DNA from: Candidatus Gastranaerophilales bacterium
GTDB lineage: Bacteria > Cyanobacteriota > Vampirovibrionia > Gastranaerophilales > Gastranaerophilaceae
DNA: 47,142 bases
Direction of reading: 5' to 3'
Assembly: GCA_947589525.1 (NCBI GenBank)
Contig: CANQAW010000001.1
Coordinates: 1 to 47,142, forward strand
Shown: one piece after another, positions 18,860-27,932 of the stretch
How the letters are laid out: each line of letters begins with the position of its first letter
How positions within the stretch are numbered: position 1 is the stretch's first letter
The notes under the pieces: model-generated
What the model saw: the letters and a program-made list of their open reading frames with translations, nothing else
The model's database searches: none
What the model was told of the DNA's origin: nothing
Made by a program: the position numbers and the translations under genes

Positions 18860-19834
18860 CTAGATATTTAGTCTTAGAAGTGCATCTCTGAATGAGATGT
18901 TTTCTTTTTCCGCAAGAGCGGTTGCCTCTTTAAAAATCTCTAAGGATTCTTCTTCGGCATTTGCAAACTTTTCAACATCCACTTTAGACAAGTGTTTGTC
19001 TTTTGTTGCAGTTTCTTTGTATGTAATTTGGGGTGGAATGGACTCGATAAAAGATTTAAAGTCAGAAATGACTTGCGAGTCCTCCCCAAATTTCTGTACA
19101 TTATCTAATTCTTGAAGAATTGATAGTACGACTTCTTTGTTTGCCGGAACCAATGTTCCTTTTTCGATTTGTTTTTCGATAAACTCATCAAACTCTTTTT
19201 TCTTAATAGCGAGTTTAATGTTGTTTAATTCTTGTTCGATTTCTTCTTTGCCTTGTGCTTTTTCTTTAAAACTTGCAACTTCATCAGTCAAAGCTGAAAT
19301 CTTTTCTTTCAAGGATTTAATTGTTTCAAGTTTTTTGTTGTTTTCTTTGAAATTAGCAACTTGAGTTTCAAGGACAGAAATCTGCTTTTTCAAATCCTCA
19401 ATATCTTCTTGCGAAAAGTTGTCGGAATCATCTTCGGATTCAAACTCATAGGTGTCAGATTCTGATTCCATAAATTTAATCGCTTCCAAACCTTTAACTT
19501 GAGGTATTGCTGCACCTAAAAATGAGACAGCCTTAAGGTAAGCACCTTTGCCTTCAAGATTTCGGTACAATTCAACGGAAACTTTTTTATACTTTCCGTC
19601 ATTTACATCTTTTTCAAATGTTTCGGGAATATCTTTAAAAGCAACTTTTAATTTATCTCCCTCTGCTTTTACTGTTTCAACCCAACCATAAGCGGGTCCT
19701 GACTGTTGATGGTCGATGGTAATCGGGGCTTCGCAGAATTTTGGGTCATAGTTTTTTGCAATTTCTGCAATTTCCTTTTGGGTAAATTTACCTTGAGGGT
19801 ATTTACCGGCTTTAAATACTTCGTAGAATTTCAT
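18860..19834 (-). CDS. Mu gpI-like prohead protease / scaffold
   Basis: The N-terminal ..APITIDHQQSGPAYGWV.. domain is followed by an acidic, coiled-coil C-terminal half (scaffold-like). First gene of the minus-strand late block. Confidence 0.65.
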   Translation of the reverse strand: MKFYEVFKAGKYPQGKFTQKEIAEIAKNYDPKFCEAPITIDHQQSGPAYGWVETVKAEGDKLKVAFKDIPETFEKDVNDGKYKKVSVELYRNLEGKGAYLKAVSFLGAAIPQVKGLEAIKFMESESDTYEFESEDDSDNFSQEDIEDLKKQISVLETQVANFKENNKKLETIKSLKEKISALTDEVASFKEKAQGKEEIEQELNNIKLAIKKKEFDEFIEKQIEKGTLVPANKEVVLSILQELDNVQKFGEDSQVISDFKSFIESIPPQITYKETATKDKHLSKVDVEKFANAEEESLEIFKEATALAEKENISFRDALLRLNI

Positions 19835-20040
19835 ACTTTTTAAATTCCTTTATTTTTTACAACGGGGTTTTGTACATTCACACTATAAACGGTGTACTGC
19901 AACGCTTTCAAAAATTTTTTGCATAAGTTTTTATTAAACAATTTTTTTCATAATTTTTTAAATAAATAATTTTTGAAAAACAAAATCACTACGAGTTAGA
20001 CTAAAAATATACACTTACCCCTCTTAATACGCAGAAAACA

Positions 20041-20074
20041 GTTGCGAGACTTAACTCGCAGCTTGTTTTCTTTC
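20041..20074 (+). terminator. terminator-like hairpin in the leader of the plus-strand late block
   Basis: GTTGCGAG-ACTTAA-CTCGCAGC (8 bp, one G-U pair) followed by TTGTTTTCTTTC, 43 nt before the first late ATG. Confidence 0.35.
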
Positions 20075-20116
20075 ACTAAAGAGGATGAAGAAAAGTATAA
20101 AAGGAGTTACTTATAT

Positions 20117-20362
20117 ATGGAATTTTTAAACGAACTGTCTCCATTTATCGAAAATGTCGGATTTCCGGCTTTGATTTTCGCTATTTGGTACATTTATCAT
20201 CAATCACAAGTGAAAGCCTTTGAAAAAATTATTCAGAATAATTTTGAAATTTTAAAGGATTTGCTTGAAACCAACCAATATCATGCGGCTTTGCTTTCCC
20301 GAATCGAGAGCAAAATCGACAATAACCTTTGGTGTCCTATTTTAAAAAGGGAGGTTTCATAG
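20117..20362 (+). CDS. small membrane protein (81 aa)
   Basis: The start is moved to the ATG at 20117, preceded by AAGGAG. MEFLNELSPFIENVGFPALIFAIWYIY.. contains one hydrophobic helix. Confidence 0.5.
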   Translation: MEFLNELSPFIENVGFPALIFAIWYIYHQSQVKAFEKIIQNNFEILKDLLETNQYHAALLSRIESKIDNNLWCPILKREVS

Positions 20363-20605
20363 ATGAATCCTGAAAGATTACAGTTAAAAGGTATGTTTGC
20401 AGAAAGCAAAAAGCACTTTCGTACACTTGATACGGAAGCATCCGGACTTATTCTGATTATTCGTTCATTGCTTAATCCGTATGAAGATGTAACCAAAATT
20501 GATACAGAAAAAGCACTCGTATCAATGCAAAGGCTAAATACAATCCAAACAGAACTTAAAAATCTTGAAGTAAAAATCAGAAATTTGGAGGCAGAACTTG
20601 ACTAA
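20363..20605 (+). CDS. hypothetical coiled-coil protein
   Basis: 80 aa, coupled to its neighbours (TAGATG). No family recognised. Confidence 0.45.
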   Translation: MNPERLQLKGMFAESKKHFRTLDTEASGLILIIRSLLNPYEDVTKIDTEKALVSMQRLNTIQTELKNLEVKIRNLEAELD

Positions 20606-21047
20606 TAAGCAATATCTTATAGGTGAGGCAGAAAACCTCTTTGTTTACAAATTAAAAACAGTTGAAACAATTGCCAATGAACTGAATCTTAGCAGAAAAA
20701 CAGTTATGAATTGGAAAGAAAAAGGCGATTGGGATAATAAACGCAAGTTGTATATTAAATCTAAAATTGCCTTCCATGAAGAATTATTTGAATTTGCTCG
20801 CAAAATCATGAAAGACATAACGGAGGATATGGAAAAAGGCAACAAAATTGATGCCGGCAGAATGTATGCATTTTGTAAGCTTGTACCAATGTTCACAAAA
20901 GTAAAAGACTATGAAGATATAGTGGCTAAAAAAGAAGAAAAAGCGACTCCAAGAGGGTTGACACCTGAACTTATTGCACAAATTGAAGAAGAGGTGTTGG
21001 GAATCACTCACAATGACAATAACAACGAAGAAATCGAAAAAAACTAA
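20598..21047 (+). CDS. Mu gp27-like (DUF1804-type) small terminase subunit
   Basis: HTH ..VETIANELNLSRKTVMNWKEKGDWDNKR.. immediately upstream of the large terminase. Confidence 0.65.
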   Translation: MTNKQYLIGEAENLFVYKLKTVETIANELNLSRKTVMNWKEKGDWDNKRKLYIKSKIAFHEELFEFARKIMKDITEDMEKGNKIDAGRMYAFCKLVPMFTKVKDYEDIVAKKEEKATPRGLTPELIAQIEEEVLGITHNDNNNEEIEKN

Positions 21048-22377
21048 TTTTTTTCTGCCATATCAAATGCGGTGGTTAGATGATAATTCAAAAGTAAAAA
21101 TATGGGAGAAATCCCGAAGAATAGGAGCAACATATGTACAAAGTTATGAAGATGTAAAAGATTGCGTAAAACGGACAGTTCCGGCTGTGTGGTTTTCTTC
21201 TGCGGATGAATCGGCAGCACGAGAGTACATTGATTATTGCAAACAATGGGCAACTTTGTTTAATATCGCTGCCAAAGACTTAGGCGAGCAGATTTTGGAT
21301 AAAGAAAAAGACATCAAAGCCTATGTCATTCAGTTCTCAAACGGAACAAAAATACACGCATTGTCATCAAATCCTAAAGGGTTTCGTTCCAAAGGCGGAA
21401 AAGTTGTACTCGATGAATTTGCATTCCACAATAATCCCGAAGAATTATGGAAAGCTGCACGACCTTGTATTACTTGGGGATATCCTCTAAGGATTCTTTC
21501 AACCCACAACGGTCAAAGCTGTCTTTATTACAAATTCTTGGATCAGGTTCAAAAAGGTAAACTCAAATGGAGTCATCACAAAACCCCGATACAACTTGCC
21601 GTTGACGAAGGCTTGATTGATAAAATCTACGGCAGACCTACAACGCAAGAAGAACGACAGGCTTGGTTAGATGAAGAATGCAAGAACTGTTTTGACGATT
21701 ATACTTGGTTTCAAGAGTATTGTTGTATCGCTATTGACGAGGCTTGTGCTTTTCTTCCGTATGAACTTATTGCAACTTGTGAGATGCAGGATGTTTTAAA
21801 ATCACTTGAAACAATAAGAGGAGATTTATATGTTGGAATAGACATCGGCAGAAGAAAAGACTTAACAGTTATATGGTGTCTTGAAAGACTTGAAAACTCC
21901 AAATATACAAGAAAAGTTAAAGTTTTAGAAAAAACACCTTTTCATATCCAATATGAGATAGTATCAGAGATTTTAAAACACCCGAAACTGCGAAGATGTT
22001 GTATTGACTCTACCGGCATAGGAATGCAACTTGCTGAAACTGCACAAAAAGACTTCGGACAATACAGAGTCGAGGCGGTAATGTTTACTAATCGTTCCAA
22101 AGAGGAAATGGCATACAACCTCCGTACAAACTTTGAAGATAAATCCGTATTCATACCAAATGAACACGATATCCGAGAAGATTTACACTCAATAAGAAGA
22201 ATTGCAACAAAAGCAGGAAATATTCGTTTTGATGCTGACTCCTCCGAAGTAAACGGACACGCAGACAGATTTTGGGCGTTGGCACTTGCTCTGATTGCTT
22301 GTTCTGTTCCGTACTCGCCTGTAGATATTACAACAAGAAAAAGATATGAGACTTTAAAAATGACTCAAAATTTTTAA
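21013..22377 (+). CDS. terminase large subunit (Mu gp28-like)
   Basis: First ATG (MTITTKK..); the track start at 20974 is a TTG. KSRRIGAT (Walker A variant), VVLDEFAF (Walker B), and a nuclease half with GIDIGRRKD and CIDSTGIG. Confidence 0.85.
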   Translation: MTITTKKSKKTNFFLPYQMRWLDDNSKVKIWEKSRRIGATYVQSYEDVKDCVKRTVPAVWFSSADESAAREYIDYCKQWATLFNIAAKDLGEQILDKEKDIKAYVIQFSNGTKIHALSSNPKGFRSKGGKVVLDEFAFHNNPEELWKAARPCITWGYPLRILSTHNGQSCLYYKFLDQVQKGKLKWSHHKTPIQLAVDEGLIDKIYGRPTTQEERQAWLDEECKNCFDDYTWFQEYCCIAIDEACAFLPYELIATCEMQDVLKSLETIRGDLYVGIDIGRRKDLTVIWCLERLENSKYTRKVKVLEKTPFHIQYEIVSEILKHPKLRRCCIDSTGIGMQLAETAQKDFGQYRVEAVMFTNRSKEEMAYNLRTNFEDKSVFIPNEHDIREDLHSIRRIATKAGNIRFDADSSEVNGHADRFWALALALIACSVPYSPVDITTRKRYETLKMTQNF

Positions 22378-22544
22378 AATCGATTTTAAGAGGGATAAAA
22401 TGACTTCGGATGATAATTTATACCAACCTCGATAGTAAAATTCAACAGAACGGTTTTTGAACACTTTTTGAACGGTATCAGAAATTAACTAAATAAGAAA
22501 AATTTCAAGAATTAAAAAATACAAAATTTTGAAGGAGAAAATTT

Positions 22545-22841
22545 ATGACAAAAACATTAACCTTACCATCAGGAAAAATTGCAGAAATTCGAAAAGGTCG
22601 TGGATACGACTTACTGCAAGCACAGATAAAAGCAAAAGATTCGGAAGAAATTCCTTACGCATTAATTGCCGAACTTGTATCAATAGACGGACAGCAACTG
22701 GTTTATGAAGATATCCTCGATATGGATTTAGAAGATGTAATCGCACTTCAAACAGAGATTTCGGGGAAGTTACAGAGTGCAAAGACGAAGAAAGAGGAAA
22801 CAAAACAGTCAACCTCTCTATCCCCGACAGCCAATGCATAA
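22545..22841 (+). CDS. tail assembly chaperone (gpE/gpG-type), short form
   Basis: 98 aa directly upstream of the tape measure, with an acidic C-terminal half. Confidence 0.65.
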   Translation: MTKTLTLPSGKIAEIRKGRGYDLLQAQIKAKDSEEIPYALIAELVSIDGQQLVYEDILDMDLEDVIALQTEISGKLQSAKTKKEETKQSTSLSPTANA

Positions 22842-22984
22842 TTCATTTATGCAAAACTACAGGGTGGCAATACTCTGAGATTTGTGAAATGCCAATCCCA
22901 ATCCTTGCTTATTGGTGTAATCAAGCCGTAAAGTACACTCTTAATCGTAATGAGGAAATTACCGAAGAATGCTCGACAGTATGA
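22545..22984 (+). CDS. tail assembly chaperone, predicted -1 frameshift-extended form
   Basis: The -1 frame is open from at least 22742 through the zero-frame stop to a TGA at 22982-22984. It encodes ..GWQYSEICEMPIPILAYWCNQAVKY.., a T-domain-like motif. Candidate slip sites are A-AAG at 22781-22784 and A-AAA-C at 22802-22806. Confidence 0.45.
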
Positions 22985-25419
22985 TGAAAGTATCATTAAC
23001 CCTTGTTGCCTTTGATAAAATGTCAAGGGTAATAAGAGATGCCGTAACAAAATCTAATGACGAGTTTTCAAAACTCCAAAACAAAGTTCAACAAACTTCC
23101 GATATGTTGGATAAACTCGGAGCTAATATGGTTAAACTCGGTGCCGGATTAACAGCCACAGGTGGCGCATTAGCCTATAAACTTGGGATTACGGAGGCAA
23201 TTCCCGAAGCTCTTGCTCTGGAACATCAACTTCGAGAATTAGGGAATGTCGGTCAATTATCCGCTGAACAATTAAAAGAAATGGATGAGAGATTAGGCTC
23301 TATATCAAGGCATACAAACCAATTCAGAAGTGAAATTGCAGAAGGTTTGAATGTTCTTGTCGCATCAGGTATTGCTCCTGAAAAAGCACTAGACTATATG
23401 AATGTAATCGGTCGAACTGCAACAGCGGCACAAGCTGAAATAGTGGATATTTCAAAAACGGCATTTGCTGTTACTGATAACTTAAAGGTCAATGTTGATG
23501 ATTTGGCTAAAACAATGGATATTTTAGCTCAAGCCGGAAAAGAGGGCAGATTTGAGTTAAAAGATATGTCTGCCGCCTTTCCAAGTTTAACGGCAGGAGC
23601 AAGTATGCTCGGAATGAGAGGTGTTCCTGCTGTTTCTCAACTTGGGGCAGCTTTGCAAGTTGCAATGAAAGGTGCAGGAAGTGCTGCTGAGGCTGCGACA
23701 AACTTTGAAAGTTTTTTGCAAGCGATAACTTCTCCGATGGCTGTTAATAGATTTAAAGAACTGTACGGAGTGGATTTACCGCAATTCTTAAATCGTGTAA
23801 TTGCTGAAAATAAAGACCCAATTGAAGAAATGGTTATGTTAATCAATCATCTTACAGGTGGCGACGTTTTCAAAGTTTCTGAAATCTTTAGGAATAAAAC
23901 GGACTTGAACTTCTTAAAACCTATGATGCAAAATCTCGATGAGTATCGAAGAATTAAAGCATCTGCTCTTGGTGCAGATGGCATTATGGATGAAGACTTT
24001 AACCACATGATGGAAACAACAAACGAGCAATTTAAACTTTTAAAAATTAATATGAAAGAGCTTGTTTTTCCTCATCTGCACAAGCCAATCGAAAAAATCA
24101 ATCAACTACTTACAGCTATAAATAAAAATCCTTTATTGCAAAAAGGAATATTTACGGCAATCATCGGCACGATAGGAGCAGGAGTTGTGTTGACTACTCT
24201 TGGAACTGCAACAATTCTTGTTGGTAAACTTGTCAAAGGATACGGTGCATTTTTAAGTGTGGCAAGAGATTTAACCCCTGTTTTAGTGCAAAACGGAATT
24301 AAACTGTTGAATTTTATCGGTTTAAATTCTACCGCTCACAACCTGACCTTTGGTTACAAAATCAAACAGAGTGGCGATAAGTTGGGACTTGCATCTGCTT
24401 TTAGTCTTAAAGGCGGTTTGATGGCAGATATTAGAAGAATAGACAACAATCTGCGAGCAGGAATAATTAACGGATTTAAAGAACTTCCAAGCAATATTTC
24501 TAAATCAACCGTTGCTCTCAAAGATTGGACTGTCACTTCCATAAAAGGAATTCCGGCAAGTTTAATAAACGGTTTAACTGCGTTCAAAAAGGGTTTTCTT
24601 GGTATTCCAAGTATGATAAAAAATGCAATCATCGCTTTTAGAGCATTTTCTGTTACACTTCTGACTTCGCCCCTTGGGTGGATAGCTCTTGCAATTGGAG
24701 CGGTGGCACTTGTAATTTACAAATATTGGAAACCGATTACAGCATTCTTTAAAGGTATGTGGCAAGGATTAAAAGAAGGTTTGCAACCTTTGGTGCCATT
24801 ATTTAAAAGAATTGGAACTGCAATAGAGCCAATATTAAAACCTATAAAAACAATTATTGACTGGTTTAAAAAACTGATTAAACCCGTTGAAGATACAGGA
24901 GGAGCTGCCGAAAATATGGGTATAAAATTTGGTAAGGCTATTGCAAATATTATTGTAAAAATTGTTGAACTTATAACTAAAGTGTTTGAGTTCGGCAAAA
25001 AAATAGGCGATATGCTTGCAAACGGAATATTATCCAAACTCGGAAAAACAAAAGAAGCAATCGGAAAGCACGCCCAAATTATCCGAGACCACTTGCCTCA
25101 CTCCCCTGCTAAAGTCGGGCCGTTAAAAGATTTAAACAAATTAAAAATAGTTGAAACAATTGCATCCACTATGAAACCCGCTCCACTTATTAAAGCAATG
25201 AATAAGTCTTTAGGACTTATGACAACAGGTATGGGTGCTAATAAAAACAAACTTGGCATCAGTGGAGGAACTCAATTGGTAATTACCTATTCTCCGACAA
25301 TAACAATGCCGAACGGAACGACAAAAGAAGAATTCTCACAACTTTTGAAAAAACATAAAGATGAAGTTGTTGCGATTTTCAGAAGAGAATTAGAACGTAA
25401 AGAAAGGGTTGCGTACTAA
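22969..25419 (+). CDS. tail tape measure protein
   Basis: 816 aa, Ala/Gly-rich helical N-terminal half, central hydrophobic segments, positioned after the chaperone pair. Confidence 0.85.
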   Translation: MLDSMMKVSLTLVAFDKMSRVIRDAVTKSNDEFSKLQNKVQQTSDMLDKLGANMVKLGAGLTATGGALAYKLGITEAIPEALALEHQLRELGNVGQLSAEQLKEMDERLGSISRHTNQFRSEIAEGLNVLVASGIAPEKALDYMNVIGRTATAAQAEIVDISKTAFAVTDNLKVNVDDLAKTMDILAQAGKEGRFELKDMSAAFPSLTAGASMLGMRGVPAVSQLGAALQVAMKGAGSAAEAATNFESFLQAITSPMAVNRFKELYGVDLPQFLNRVIAENKDPIEEMVMLINHLTGGDVFKVSEIFRNKTDLNFLKPMMQNLDEYRRIKASALGADGIMDEDFNHMMETTNEQFKLLKINMKELVFPHLHKPIEKINQLLTAINKNPLLQKGIFTAIIGTIGAGVVLTTLGTATILVGKLVKGYGAFLSVARDLTPVLVQNGIKLLNFIGLNSTAHNLTFGYKIKQSGDKLGLASAFSLKGGLMADIRRIDNNLRAGIINGFKELPSNISKSTVALKDWTVTSIKGIPASLINGLTAFKKGFLGIPSMIKNAIIAFRAFSVTLLTSPLGWIALAIGAVALVIYKYWKPITAFFKGMWQGLKEGLQPLVPLFKRIGTAIEPILKPIKTIIDWFKKLIKPVEDTGGAAENMGIKFGKAIANIIVKIVELITKVFEFGKKIGDMLANGILSKLGKTKEAIGKHAQIIRDHLPHSPAKVGPLKDLNKLKIVETIASTMKPAPLIKAMNKSLGLMTTGMGANKNKLGISGGTQLVITYSPTITMPNGTTKEEFSQLLKKHKDEVVAIFRRELERKERVAY

Positions 25420-25422
25420 AAT

Positions 25423-25845
25423 ATGTTTGCTCAACTTGGAAATATTAAATTTGAACTAATAACATACTTTAACGGATTAAATGAAACCGTATCCTACAAC
25501 TATGCTCAACATGAAAGGATAGAAAACAAACCAATCTTACAATTCTTGGGGAAAAATCTTCAAGAGGAAAATATAAAGCTGAACTTTCATAGGACATTTT
25601 GTGTCCCTGAAAACGAATTAAAAGCCTTAGTTGAAGTTGCTGACAAAGCAGAACCGCTTAAATTTATTAAAGGAAATGGCGAATATGTCGGAGTCTTTGT
25701 AATAGAAGAAATTGGCAAAACAACAGAGCAAGCATCAGCAGAAGGCGATTTGCTTTCAATACAAGTTGAACTCCGACTTAGGGAATATACAGGAAAAATC
25801 CCCGAAGAAGACGAAACAGAAAAAGGATTTAAGAAAAAGGCATAA
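25423..25845 (+). CDS. P2 gpU-like tail protein
   Basis: MFAQLGNIKFE..YAQHERIENKPILQFLG..I.L pattern and gene order. Confidence 0.7.
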   Translation: MFAQLGNIKFELITYFNGLNETVSYNYAQHERIENKPILQFLGKNLQEENIKLNFHRTFCVPENELKALVEVADKAEPLKFIKGNGEYVGVFVIEEIGKTTEQASAEGDLLSIQVELRLREYTGKIPEEDETEKGFKKKA

Positions 25846-25853
25846 AACAAAGA

Positions 25854-26069
25854 ATGACCGAATATTATTCTTACATAACCAAAGACAATGACAGATGGGA
25901 TTTAATCGCATACAAATACTATAAAACCCCTACACTGTATGAAGAAATAATAAAAGCAAACCCTGAAGTTAAAGTTACACCCCTCTTAGATTCAGGCATA
26001 AAACTAAAAATCCCCGTTTTAGAAGAATCTGAAACAATAAAGTTTGAAACCCCACCTTGGAAAAAATAA
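25854..26069 (+). CDS. P2 gpX-like tail protein (LysM-like)
   Basis: 71 aa. ..DRWDLIAYKYY..LYEEIIKANPEV.. pattern. Confidence 0.7.
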   Translation: MTEYYSYITKDNDRWDLIAYKYYKTPTLYEEIIKANPEVKVTPLLDSGIKLKIPVLEESETIKFETPPWKK

Positions 26070-27037
26070 TGCTAATCCCAATTTTTGAACTATTCTACGA
26101 CAAGAAAAATATTACAAAAGACGTTTCTCCCTATGTAACATCTATCGAATACACAGATGTGGAACATGGGGAATCTGACGAGTTGCTAATCTCATTTGAA
26201 GATTCAGAAAAACTTTGGCAAGGTGCTTGGATACCAAGCAAAGGCGATTGTCTGCGTGCGTATATCGGATACGAGGCAGAAAAGCTATTAAACTGCGGAA
26301 CATTCGAGATTGACGAATTGGAATACGATACTCCACCCGATGTAATAACTGTAAAAGGTCTTGCAACCGGGATTAAAAAGCCATTGCGACAAAAGAATTC
26401 ACAAGGGTATGAAAACAAAACACTTAAACAAATTGCAAAAGAAATTGCCGAGAAACATGGTTACACATTGGTTGGCGAGATTTCTGACATTCGTGTTGAC
26501 AGAATAACTCAAAACAAAGAACGAGATTTGTCATTCCTAACAAAACTTGCTGAACAATATGGATACATCTTTAAAATCGCCGAAAATAACCTTGTATTTT
26601 ATGATGTTTCAAAGCTAAAAGGTGCAAAATCCACACAGATTTTTTATAAATCCGACTTAACTCACATAAATTTAAGAGAAAAAACAAGCCAAAAGTATAA
26701 AGCTGTTCAGGTTTCATACTTCGACCCAAAGAAAAAGAAAACTGTCAAAGCAACAGCACGCAACGAAAGTGTTGTTAAGGGCGATACATTAAAAATCAAT
26801 GCAAGATGTACTGATAGAAAACAGGCTATTGTAAAAGCTAATGCAGCACTAGGAACGGCTGACACAAAAATTGAAGGAACTCTTGATTTTGTTGGGAATC
26901 CGTATTTGATAGCAGGACTCAATATTGAATTAAAAGGTGTCGGACATTTTTCGGGTAAATATCATATAAAACAAGCACGACACAGATTAGACAGAGCAAG
27001 CGGTTATACTACAAGTTGCGAGGTTGAATCGTGTTAA
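26069..27037 (+). CDS. P2 gpD-like late control / tail protein
   Basis: The start is moved to the ATG at 26069 (TAATG coupling). 322 aa, ends ..GKYHIKQARHRLDRASGYTTSCEV, typical of gpD. Confidence 0.75.
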   Translation: MLIPIFELFYDKKNITKDVSPYVTSIEYTDVEHGESDELLISFEDSEKLWQGAWIPSKGDCLRAYIGYEAEKLLNCGTFEIDELEYDTPPDVITVKGLATGIKKPLRQKNSQGYENKTLKQIAKEIAEKHGYTLVGEISDIRVDRITQNKERDLSFLTKLAEQYGYIFKIAENNLVFYDVSKLKGAKSTQIFYKSDLTHINLREKTSQKYKAVQVSYFDPKKKKTVKATARNESVVKGDTLKINARCTDRKQAIVKANAALGTADTKIEGTLDFVGNPYLIAGLNIELKGVGHFSGKYHIKQARHRLDRASGYTTSCEVESC

Positions 27038-27540
27038 GGTTTGGCATTGTATCACAAATTAATCCTGTTCTTGCTCAGGCTCGTGTAAACTTCGCAGATG
27101 ATGAGTCTACTTCATACTGGCTTCCGATAATCCAAAGTAAAACAATGAAAGACAAATTTTTTGTTATGCCGGATATTGGCGAACAAGTTGCTTGCCTTAT
27201 GGATGAAAATTCAGAAGATGGAGTTATTCTCGGAGCAATATATTCTTCGGTTGATTTACCCGTTGTAACTTCGGAAAAACAAATTTCGCTTAATTTAGAG
27301 AATAGTTCGCTGATTAATATTGATAAAGAAACGAACACCCTGACTATAACCTTTGAAAATATCAATTTAAACGGCAACATTAATCACGCAGGAAAGCTGA
27401 TTAATACAGACGGAATTACTTCTCAAGCAGATATTACGGATAAAACATCTTCTATGCAAGCAATGCGTGATATTTACAACTCTCATTCTCATACAGGAAA
27501 TCAAGGAAGCCCAACTTCATTGCCACATCAAAGCATGTAG
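27031..27540 (+). CDS. baseplate spike/hub protein (P2 gpV-like)
   Basis: GTG start. ..FGIVSQINPVLAQARVNF..STSYWLPIIQ..PDIGEQVACL pattern. Confidence 0.75.
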   Translation: MLRFGIVSQINPVLAQARVNFADDESTSYWLPIIQSKTMKDKFFVMPDIGEQVACLMDENSEDGVILGAIYSSVDLPVVTSEKQISLNLENSSLINIDKETNTLTITFENINLNGNINHAGKLINTDGITSQADITDKTSSMQAMRDIYNSHSHTGNQGSPTSLPHQSM

Positions 27541-27572
27541 TGACACAGTAAAAAGCAAAATATATTTACCCC

Positions 27573-27932
27573 ATGACAAATTTAAACGAAATTACATATA
27601 TTGACTGGCAATATAAACTCAACAAAATCGGCTCTGTCGCAGAAGGAGTTGATGACATTAACCAATGTATAGCGATAATTCTTACGACACGAAAAGGCTC
27701 AGTTCCTTTAAGACCGACATTTGGCTCTGAGATATATAAATATGTTGATTACCCTGTAAATGAGGCAATACCTAATATAACAAGAGAAACCATTGATGCA
27801 TTGGCTTTATGGGAAACAAGAATTATTGTCAATTCTGTCTCGGTCGAAATTAATGAGACACAAATTGTTATCAAAATTGAATGGACTTTGAACGGTAGTA
27901 AAACACAAGGAAATACAAGCGTTACACTATGA
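27573..27932 (+). CDS. baseplate protein gpW / gp25-like
   Basis: ..INQCIAIILTTRKGSVPLRPTFGSEIYKYVD.P.. motif. Confidence 0.8.
   Translation: MTNLNEITYIDWQYKLNKIGSVAEGVDDINQCIAIILTTRKGSVPLRPTFGSEIYKYVDYPVNEAIPNITRETIDALALWETRIIVNSVSVEINETQIVIKIEWTLNGSKTQGNTSVTL

Noticed and set aside
16080-27380. Numerous 60-110 aa antisense or out-of-frame ORFs in the track, for example 16080-16412, 18295-18480, 23507-23846, 24354-25037, 26131-26418 and 27075-27380.
   Set aside because: All lie inside longer ORFs with recognisable phage structural protein sequence. They are typical AT-rich shadow ORFs.
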